From Candidatus Falkowbacteria bacterium (GTDB lineage Bacteria > Patescibacteriota > Patescibacteriia > Patescibacteriales > UBA12465): DNA of 43,243 nucleotides. Every line of letters starts with the position of its first letter. Position 1 is the first letter of the stretch. Location: contig CAIZYV010000065.1 of assembly GCA_903937325.1 (NCBI GenBank), forward strand, positions 1 through 43,243, in the 5' to 3' direction. Under the pieces are notes generated by a model, which was not told where the DNA came from, did not search any database, and was given only the letters and a program-made list of their open reading frames with translations. Both the position numbers and the translations under genes were made by a program. Positions 15,383 to 22,575 of the stretch are shown here, piece after piece.

Positions 15383-16526
15383 GTTTACTGTGTTTACTGT
15401 GTTTACTGATATTGGCCAAGATGCCAATCGCCATTAGAGTAGAAATAATTGAAGAGCCGCCGGCCGAAGCAAAAGGCAGAGGCACCCCTGTCATCGGAAT
15501 CAAATTAAGCATTCCGCCGATATTAAGGAAAGTCTGAACTGCCAACCAGGCAATTATTCCAGTGGCCAAGGCGCTACCATAAATATCAGGTGCATGTTGA
15601 GCAATTTTTAAGCCGCGTAAAAAAACAAAAATATATAAAACAATTAAAAGAACACTGAAAACAAAACCGATTTCTTCAGCAATTATTGGAAAAATTGAGT
15701 CGCCCCAGACTTCCGGCAAATACATAAATTTCTGGCGACTTTGGCCCAGACCGCGACCAAACCAACCGCCGGAACCAACGGCAATCAAAGATTGATTTAT
15801 TTGATAACATTCTTCCTGTAAATCATAAGCAGGGTCTTGATAGCAACGAAAGCGGTCATTCTGGTAAGAAGAGCTAGCATAAAATAAAAGAGCCAACGCA
15901 GAGGCACCCAAAAAAATTGTGAGGATAATATGAGAAAACTTACCACCGGCAACAAAGAATGCCGCAAAAGCTGAACATAAAATAATAAAAAGAGTGCCAA
16001 GATCTGGCTGAGCCATCATCAATAAAACGATTATAACTAAGCTACTTAAAAACGGAATAATACCACTCGCCGCATTCTGCAGTTGTCCCCTTTTTGCCTC
16101 CAGCCAAGTAGCCAAATAAATAAGAAAACTTAATTTTACTAATTCGGAAGGTTGTAAGGATTGGCCAAAAATAATAATCCAACTGCGGGCGCTGCCATGT
16201 TCTGCTCTCAAACCAGGAATAAAAACTAAAACTAAAAGTAAAATAGAAAAAATCAGAGCCGATAAAGCATAACGTCGCCAAAGCCGATAATCAATGCGAT
16301 AAAAAATAAAAAAAAGACCGATACCAAGAACGACCGCCACTAACTGACGAAAAAAGAAATGATAAGTATTGCCATATTTAGCATAAGAAACAACGGCAGA
16401 GGCGCTAGAAAGCATAACTAAACCAATAACAAGTAAAGCGCCGACGCCAAAAAGAAAATAAGGATCAGCTTCATGCTCTTGCGCGCTCGGCGACCAGAGA
16501 TTTTTAATTTTTTGCACTATTTTCAT
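15369..16526 (-). CDS. ftsW: SEDS-family peptidoglycan glycosyltransferase (FtsW by context)
   Basis: Polytopic membrane protein carrying the SEDS motifs QPSELVKL, PDLGT, LPEVWGDSIFPIIAEE and GVPLPFASAGGSS. It lies between mraY and murG. Confidence 0.8.
   Translation of the reverse strand: MKIVQKIKNLWSPSAQEHEADPYFLFGVGALLVIGLVMLSSASAVVSYAKYGNTYHFFFRQLVAVVLGIGLFFIFYRIDYRLWRRYALSALIFSILLLVLVFIPGLRAEHGSARSWIIIFGQSLQPSELVKLSFLIYLATWLEAKRGQLQNAASGIIPFLSSLVIIVLLMMAQPDLGTLFIILCSAFAAFFVAGGKFSHIILTIFLGASALALLFYASSSYQNDRFRCYQDPAYDLQEECYQINQSLIAVGSGGWFGRGLGQSRQKFMYLPEVWGDSIFPIIAEEIGFVFSVLLIVLYIFVFLRGLKIAQHAPDIYGSALATGIIAWLAVQTFLNIGGMLNLIPMTGVPLPFASAGGSSIISTLMAIGILANISKHSKHSKHERH
15382..15408. repeat. 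Perfect 3 x 9-bp tandem repeat (TGTTTACTG) at the ftsW/murG junction
   Basis: Read directly from the sequence. It encodes (SKH)x3 in the FtsW C-terminal tail. Confidence 0.9.
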
Positions 16527-16533
16527 AAAATAA

Positions 16534-17583
16534 TCACCACTGTTTATCCGCTAAAAAAATCATCAACCCTAAAACCGCACCTAAAGCGGAAATTACCCAA
16601 AAACGCATGACTATTTTTGCTTCCGACCAGCCAATAGCTTGAAAATGATGATGAATAGGAGAAGAGATAAATACTTTCTTGTGTCTTATCTTCTTGGATA
16701 ATATTTGAATGATGACAGATAAAGATTCCACTAAAAAAATAAAACCAATTAAAGGTAGAAGAAGGGCGCTATTAGTCAGCATCGCAATCACCCCCAAAGT
16801 AACACCTAAGCTCATAGCACCAGTATCACCCATATAGAAACGGGCGGGAGGAATATTAAACCACAAAAAAGCTAGTAAAGCGCCAATTATAACCCCGCAA
16901 AAAGCCGCTAATTCATAGCGACCCAAAACAAAGGCAATAATACCGTAAGCGGCAAAAGCAATCATCAAAGTGCCGCCGGCTAAACCATCAAGACCGTCTG
17001 TTTCGTTAACCGAAAAAGAAGTGGCCACAATGACAAAAATAAAAACCGGAATATACCACCAAGATATTTCGAAATTACCAAAAAAAGGTAAATGTAAGAC
17101 TGTCCAATCAAGTTTAAAATAGAACCATAAAGCGCCGGCAGTAGCAATAAGCGTATAGATCAAAAGGCGATGTTTTAATTTTAACCCCCCGCCACCAAAC
17201 ACGCCGTGGCCACTAACATCCAGCCAATCATCAATTAAGCCAATAATCGCACTAGCCACTAAAGCACCTAATGGTAATAAAGTTTCTGAACGTGAGAAAA
17301 AATTTAAATATTTAAAAATATCACCAGGCAGGACATCAGCTAAGAAAGAAAAAAGAACCATAAAAACTAAAACAGTCCCCCAAATAAGCAAGCCTCCCAT
17401 GGTTGGCGTGCCCGCTTTATGCGCATGCAATTTACTAAAAACTGGCGTTTCCCCATTATTACGTATCTGTTTACCCAACTTATATTTATATAAAAAGTTT
17501 GTCAGCGCCGGCGTACAAGCGATGGCAAAAATAAAAGCGAGAGTTGAAAGTAATAAAATTTTTACAATATAAAAAACCATCAT
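16534..17583 (-). CDS. mraY: Phospho-N-acetylmuramoyl-pentapeptide transferase
   Basis: TPTMGGLL, NETDGLDGLAGG, FYMGDTGAMSLG and PIHHHF motifs. Confidence 0.9.
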   Translation of the reverse strand: MMVFYIVKILLLSTLAFIFAIACTPALTNFLYKYKLGKQIRNNGETPVFSKLHAHKAGTPTMGGLLIWGTVLVFMVLFSFLADVLPGDIFKYLNFFSRSETLLPLGALVASAIIGLIDDWLDVSGHGVFGGGGLKLKHRLLIYTLIATAGALWFYFKLDWTVLHLPFFGNFEISWWYIPVFIFVIVATSFSVNETDGLDGLAGGTLMIAFAAYGIIAFVLGRYELAAFCGVIIGALLAFLWFNIPPARFYMGDTGAMSLGVTLGVIAMLTNSALLLPLIGFIFLVESLSVIIQILSKKIRHKKVFISSPIHHHFQAIGWSEAKIVMRFWVISALGAVLGLMIFLADKQW

Positions 17584-17589
17584 ATAAAC

Positions 17590-18057
17590 TTAAGCGAGAA
17601 AATTAATCAAATAAACAGAAGTTAAGGCAGAAGCAGCCAGTAATTGAGAGAGTAAAGAGGCAAGACCAAAAGCATGAGCTAAAAAATGAAAATGCTCGCG
17701 CCGAGAAAAGAAAGTTAAAATGAAAAAATTAATAATTAAAACAGCCAAAGCTAACAGAGGTATATTAAAAGCTCGCCGAGAAGATCCGACAGAATCGATA
17801 CCGAAATCAACATTATAATGAGCTACAAAAAGATCACTGCCGATAACTACAAACAAACGATAAGCAAAAAACCACAACAAAATTTGTAATGACAAAGATA
17901 GCCAAAGATACCAATGATTAGGTCGATAATGCCAATAAACGACTAAAGCATCAGAAAAACGGCGACGAAGCGAATACCAACGGTTATAAAGAGAAAAATT
18001 CATATTTTTTAGAAAGTAGGCGAAATATTGGCCAGAAAAGGCCAAATGACCGAACAA
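17590..18057 (-). CDS. Hypothetical integral membrane protein (start uncertain: TTG 18057 or ATG 18003)
   Basis: Three to four hydrophobic segments and Trp/Tyr-rich loops, with no motif I recognise. It ends 6 nt before mraY. Confidence 0.45.
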   Translation of the reverse strand: MFGHLAFSGQYFAYFLKNMNFSLYNRWYSLRRRFSDALVVYWHYRPNHWYLWLSLSLQILLWFFAYRLFVVIGSDLFVAHYNVDFGIDSVGSSRRAFNIPLLALAVLIINFFILTFFSRREHFHFLAHAFGLASLLSQLLAASALTSVYLINFLA

Positions 18058-18103
18058 TAAGTCAATCGCAACTTTAAACTTATTCTATCATATTATCAAG
18101 CAT

Positions 18104-18132
18104 TTTAAAAATCAAGCGGATAATGATATAAT
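18104..18132 (+). promoter_or_regulatory. Extended -10 promoter for the plus-strand glycosylation operon
   Basis: TTTAAA (18104-18109), 17 nt, then TGaTATAAT (TG at 18124-18125, TATAAT at 18127-18132). The ATG at 18139 follows after exactly 6 nt. Confidence 0.4.
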
Positions 18133-18138
18133 AAATTT

Positions 18139-19257
18139 ATGCCTGAAAAAATAATCAAAACCCTTTGCCGCTATGCCCGTGCACACGGGCATGCTCACTT
18201 ACGCCTAGAAAAAAAAGGTGATCATTTGCTCTGCGTTTGCGGCCTCGGCCAAACAAGTGAATATTTACATCTTGATCGAAAAACAGAACATAATATCACA
18301 GAGACCTTCAGACGATTGGTTGGAGCGGCTGACAATGATTTATTTTCCGATAAACGCTTCAAAATAGCAGACAACAAGCAGCCGATCAGCGGTCGAGCCA
18401 CTCTTTTGCCCTATGATCAAGGAGAGAAACTTTTTATTACTCTCAGTACTGAAAAACCAGCCTTAAGACGTCTATCTGCTTTAGGCCTAAATCGTGAACA
18501 ACAAGCGCTTATTAAAACAAACTTAAAAAAGAAAAGCGGTTTGATTATTATTGCCGGCGGACCAGAAGAGGGCGCCAGCAGCACTTATTATTCCCTGCTC
18601 TCAATCATTGCTAGTAGCGGTGATCGCAGTATTTATTCCTTAGAAGATTATCCTGTTTTAGAAAATAAAGGTGTCAATACAATAAATCTGCGTAAATATA
18701 GCGATCCAAAAACAGCAATAGAAAAAGTCAATCATTTAGACAGTGAGGTTATTGGTATAGACGCTGCTCTACAAGTAGATGATATTAAAGCTCTATGGCA
18801 AAGCGCTCGCAGTGGCCGCTTGATCATTGCGACTTTACCGGTTGCGAGCGCCGCTCTAGCTGTCAAACTATTGCGCCAATCTGGTTTAAGCGCTGCCGAT
18901 ATCGCCTCTCAAATTATTTTTATCAGTGCCCAAAAATTATTTAAACGTCCTTGTCCGCGCTGCCTTCACATCTTCGACCCAGGACTGGAAATAAAGAAAA
19001 AAATAAATAAGCGTTGGCCGGCGGCCAATCTCTGCTGGCCAAAAAAATTATTTTATAATCGCGGTTGTTCTCTTTGCCAAAAAACTAATCGAGAATCAAA
19101 AACAGCCGTTTTTGAAATAATGCGCTTCTGGCCAGATGGACGTTTACAGGACGGTTATGAAGCAATGATTAAAGATGCCCTTGATAAAACCGGACTCGGC
19201 TTGATTAACATTGAGGAAATTGCCAACTGGGCGATGCAGACAACAAAAAAGATATGA
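18139..19257 (+). CDS. PilB/GspE-family secretion-ATPase homologue with degenerate catalytic motifs (pseudo-ATPase)
   Basis: Colinear with the N2 plus ATPase core of T2SS/T4P ATPases and keeps the CPRC...CSLC tetracysteine. The Walker A reads GGPEEGASST, and the Walker B Glu and His box are lost. See findings. Confidence 0.65.
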   Translation: MPEKIIKTLCRYARAHGHAHLRLEKKGDHLLCVCGLGQTSEYLHLDRKTEHNITETFRRLVGAADNDLFSDKRFKIADNKQPISGRATLLPYDQGEKLFITLSTEKPALRRLSALGLNREQQALIKTNLKKKSGLIIIAGGPEEGASSTYYSLLSIIASSGDRSIYSLEDYPVLENKGVNTINLRKYSDPKTAIEKVNHLDSEVIGIDAALQVDDIKALWQSARSGRLIIATLPVASAALAVKLLRQSGLSAADIASQIIFISAQKLFKRPCPRCLHIFDPGLEIKKKINKRWPAANLCWPKKLFYNRGCSLCQKTNRESKTAVFEIMRFWPDGRLQDGYEAMIKDALDKTGLGLINIEEIANWAMQTTKKI

Positions 19258-19913
19258 AGATAGCCTGTGTTATCCCCGCTTATAATGAAGACCGGTATCT
19301 AAACACCGTGATAGCGAAAGTAAAAGCCTTTGTCGATTTTATTATAGTTGTCGATGACGGCTCAGATAAACGCGCAAGTGAACTGGCTCAAAAAGCCGGC
19401 GCTTTTGTATTAAGGCACATAATTAATCGCGGACAAGGAGCCGCCCTGCAAACAGGCAGTGACTACGCTTTGCAATTAGGAGCCGACATTATTGTCCATT
19501 TTGACGCCGATGATCAATTTGCCGCCGCCGAAATACCAGATATTATCGCCCCAATAATCAAAGGAGAAGCGGATATTGTCTTTGGTTCACGATTCTTAGG
19601 AAAAGAGTCAAATCTGCCATGGATAAAAAAATATTTAATCTGGCCTCTCGGCCGTTTAATTAACCGATTTTTTGGCGTTCACACCAGCGATCCACAAAGT
19701 GGTTTTAGGGCCTACACCAAAGAAGTAGCAGAAAGTTTTCGCATCGAAAATGACCGAATGGCTCATTGCAGCGAAATTTTAATCAAACTCGGTCGCGGTC
19801 GTTGGCGCTTTAAAGAAGTACCAATAACAGTCACTTATCACGAATATGGGCAAAAATTCTCTGGCGGCATCCGTATTCTCAAAGATCTTTTCATTCAAAA
19901 AATAAATCAATAA
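19254..19913 (+). CDS. Family 2 glycosyltransferase, polyprenol-phosphate sugar synthase-like (DPM1/GtrB type, no TM tail)
   Basis: CVIPAYNE, VVDDGSD, and the DxD-type FDADDQ. Its ATG overlaps the upstream TGA (ATGA at 19254-19257). Confidence 0.8.
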   Translation: MKIACVIPAYNEDRYLNTVIAKVKAFVDFIIVVDDGSDKRASELAQKAGAFVLRHIINRGQGAALQTGSDYALQLGADIIVHFDADDQFAAAEIPDIIAPIIKGEADIVFGSRFLGKESNLPWIKKYLIWPLGRLINRFFGVHTSDPQSGFRAYTKEVAESFRIENDRMAHCSEILIKLGRGRWRFKEVPITVTYHEYGQKFSGGIRILKDLFIQKINQ

Positions 19914-19937
19914 ATAGTAAAAAATAACCCTAATATT

Positions 19938-20255
19938 ATGCTGCAGCAAAGCATCGCCCTCATCTTTATAGCCATTTTTATCTGGCGCTTATTTACGCAA
20001 AGAAAAAAACAAACAATCAACAACAACGAATTTATTTTTTGGTTAGCCTTCTGGTTGATTGGTGCTTTGGCTATTATTTTCATTCGATTACTGGACAAAC
20101 TACTTATCACTGCTGGTTTTTCTGGTTCCGGTATTAATTTCTTGCTCTATCTTGCCGTTATTACTTTATTTTATTTAATTTTTAAATTACGTTTAAAAAT
20201 AAGCAAATTAGAAAAGAGCTTAACTGATTTAGTGCGCGAACTTGCCCTTAAATAA
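19938..20255 (+). CDS. Small membrane protein (DUF2304-like by size, topology and GT2 adjacency)
   Basis: 105 aa with three to four TM segments and a C-terminal amphipathic helix (KISKLEKSLTDLVRELAL). The family assignment comes from memory of typical GT2-DUF2304 pairs and is not verified. Confidence 0.45.
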   Translation: MLQQSIALIFIAIFIWRLFTQRKKQTINNNEFIFWLAFWLIGALAIIFIRLLDKLLITAGFSGSGINFLLYLAVITLFYLIFKLRLKISKLEKSLTDLVRELALK

Positions 20256-20277
20256 TAACGCTAAAAAGACAATCGCT

Positions 20278-21450
20278 ATGAAAATCGCCCAAATTGTCTG
20301 TGCTTTTCCACCCTATGCCGGCGGCATTGGTCAAAGCGCTTATCGTCTTGGAGAAATCTTAAGTCGCGAACATCAAGTGAGCACTTTTACTCTCGCCCCT
20401 GATGACGGGAAATTACCGTCCGCGCCTTTAGGTGTACAACGCGTATTTTTTTTACGCCCAAAAATTCGTTTTGGCCACGGCGCCCTACCTTTAAGTCTAC
20501 CCTTCCGATTGCTTTCTTACGATTTACTTTATTTGCACTATCCTTTTTTTGGCACCGATGCTTTAATTCTATTACTTACAAGACTGAAGAAAAAACAACG
20601 CCTAATTATTCACTATCACATGGATACGCCGGCACTACCAGGCATAAAAAAGATACTAGCGGCTCCTTCGCGCTTTCTCTTAAAAAGTTTGATAAAAAGA
20701 GCAGAAAAAATTATTGTCAGCAGCCGTGATTATGCCGAAAATGGTCAACTAGCCAAAAGCGCCGCTCTTTATCCAGAAAAAATAAAAGCTATCCCTTTCG
20801 GAATAGAAACAGAAGTCTTCCGCCCAAAAATAAAAACTCAAAGCCAGAATATTGCCAAACAAGCGACCGATATAATTGATTTTGTAACCAGGCGTTTTAT
20901 AAAGAGGGGCGGACATGTTTTGCTTTTTGTCGGAGGCTTGGATAATGCTCATTATTTTAAAGGCTTGAATATTCTTCTGCGCGCCATACCATTAGTGAAA
21001 GCGCCGATAAGTCTTAATATTATCGGTGACGGCGATCTGCGTCCAAATTATGAAAAAGAGGTGGCGACGTACGGATTAAAACAAAAAGTGCGCTTCCTCG
21101 GAAGAGTCAGCGAGGAAGAGTTGATCAGACAATATCAGAGCGCGGATCTCCTAATTTTACCTTCAATAAATAAACATGAAGCTTTCGGCCTAGTACTAAT
21201 TGAAGCAATGTCTTGCGGCCTGCCTCTTATCGCCAGCAACTTGCCTGGTATGCGCAGTGTTTTTAATGATGGAGAACAAGGCCTGTACTGCAAAGCGGGT
21301 GATGTTGATGATTTAGCAGAAAAAATAAGCTCATTAGTACAAGATGAAAAAAGACGCCAGCAAATGGCAAAAGCAGCCAGAGCCCTAGCTCAAGAAAAAT
21401 ACGCCTGGGAAAAAATCGCCGATAAAATTTTAGATGAATTTTCCGAATAG
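20278..21450 (+). CDS. Family 4 (GT-B, Glycos_transf_1) glycosyltransferase
   Basis: The start is moved to ATG 20278 (MKIAQIVCAFPPYAGGIG). The C-terminal E-x7-E region is EAFGLVLIEAMSCGLPLIAS. Confidence 0.8.
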   Translation: MKIAQIVCAFPPYAGGIGQSAYRLGEILSREHQVSTFTLAPDDGKLPSAPLGVQRVFFLRPKIRFGHGALPLSLPFRLLSYDLLYLHYPFFGTDALILLLTRLKKKQRLIIHYHMDTPALPGIKKILAAPSRFLLKSLIKRAEKIIVSSRDYAENGQLAKSAALYPEKIKAIPFGIETEVFRPKIKTQSQNIAKQATDIIDFVTRRFIKRGGHVLLFVGGLDNAHYFKGLNILLRAIPLVKAPISLNIIGDGDLRPNYEKEVATYGLKQKVRFLGRVSEEELIRQYQSADLLILPSINKHEAFGLVLIEAMSCGLPLIASNLPGMRSVFNDGEQGLYCKAGDVDDLAEKISSLVQDEKRRQQMAKAARALAQEKYAWEKIADKILDEFSE

Positions 21451-21458
21451 AAACAAAT

Positions 21459-22517
21459 ATGATTATTGGAATAGCTAACAACCTATATCCTCCTTACGGC
21501 CGCGGTAGCGGCGCTGAAGTTATTGTAATTAAAACAGTGCAAGAATTACGCGCCGCCGGACATGAAGTATTTGTCATCAGCACAAAACCGTTAAAATCAA
21601 AACAAGAAGACAGCAGCGACTGTTATTATTTTACTTCGGCTTATCATTCTTTAGCTTCTTGGTCGCCATTCAAAAAAATGGCTTGGCATTGCCAGCAATT
21701 ACTCTTCTCTGGAAACAGGCGACGCCTGAATAAAATTTTAAAAGAAAGACGGCCAGATCTATTTGTTACTCATAATCTCATTGGCCTGGGCTTCAGCTTA
21801 CCAAGCTTATTATTTAAACTCCATATCAGACACGAACACATTTTACATGATATACAATTACTCCACCCTTCAGGTTTAATGTATTTCGGCCAAGAAAAAA
21901 TAATTTGTTCCCCGCTCGCTCGCTTTTACCAATTTTTCACACGACGCGCCTTCAAGAAAGCCGATTTAATTATTTCGCCTTCTCGCTGGCTTTTGAACAC
22001 GCATCAAGAAAGAGGTTTCTTCAAAAAACAGGAGAGTCGAATACAAAAAAATTTTCAGCTCGACAAACCAATAAAAAAAGAACCGAAACAGCCTCTAAAT
22101 TTTCTTTTTACTGGCCAGCTGGAAAAGCATAAAGGCATAGACATGCTGCTACGCGCTTGGCAGGAAGCTTCTCTACCGGAAGCCAAACTCAGTATTGCTG
22201 GCGGAGGCTCTTTAGCAAAGATGGTAGCGGAACAAGCGGAAAAGCAAACCAATATCCACTATCTCGGCTATCTTGACCGCGAAGGAATAGATCAAGCTCT
22301 GCAGAAAGCTGATATTATTATCGTACCCTCTTTAGTCTATGAAAATTCTCCCACCAGCCTTTGGGAAGCCGCTGCTCGAGGACTATGCGCTATTGCCTCT
22401 GATATCGGTGGTATACCGGAAATGAAAGACGAGCTTCACCTCACCCTGTTTCCGCCCGGAAACTTACAAGCTTTAATAGCCGCCATTAAAGAAGCGGCCG
22501 ACAAAAAAAATAAATGA
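21459..22517 (+). CDS. Family 4 (GT-B) glycosyltransferase
   Basis: MIIGIANNLYPPYGRGSGAEV is the N-terminal GT-B loop. The C-terminal half contains FTGQLEKHKGID and ENSPTSLWEAAARGLCAIASDIGG. Confidence 0.75.
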   Translation: MIIGIANNLYPPYGRGSGAEVIVIKTVQELRAAGHEVFVISTKPLKSKQEDSSDCYYFTSAYHSLASWSPFKKMAWHCQQLLFSGNRRRLNKILKERRPDLFVTHNLIGLGFSLPSLLFKLHIRHEHILHDIQLLHPSGLMYFGQEKIICSPLARFYQFFTRRAFKKADLIISPSRWLLNTHQERGFFKKQESRIQKNFQLDKPIKKEPKQPLNFLFTGQLEKHKGIDMLLRAWQEASLPEAKLSIAGGGSLAKMVAEQAEKQTNIHYLGYLDREGIDQALQKADIIIVPSLVYENSPTSLWEAAARGLCAIASDIGGIPEMKDELHLTLFPPGNLQALIAAIKEAADKKNK

Positions 22518-22526
22518 CAAACAATA

Positions 22527-22553
22527 AACGCCGCCACAAAAAGTGACGGCGTT
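22527..22553. terminator. Putative bidirectional terminator between convergent operons
   Basis: AACGCCG-(13 nt loop)-CGGCGTT is a perfect 7-bp stem. A T-rich tract follows on the minus strand (tttattgtttg) and only TTT on the plus strand. Confidence 0.5.
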
Positions 22554-22575
22554 TAAAAAACTAAACAAATATTGA

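Noticed and set aside
15382-15408. A possible CRISPR array or other repeat-spacer structure.
   Set aside because: There are only three contiguous 9-bp units with no spacers, and they lie inside coding sequence. No other regularly spaced direct repeats and no cas genes were seen anywhere in the window.
18139-22517. The plus-strand islands (11683-12828 and 18139-22517) considered as horizontally acquired mobile elements or prophage remnants.
   Set aside because: No integrase, transposase, phage gene, flanking direct repeat or tRNA attachment site is visible. The strand inversion alone is insufficient, so they are reported as operons of interest rather than as mobile elements.
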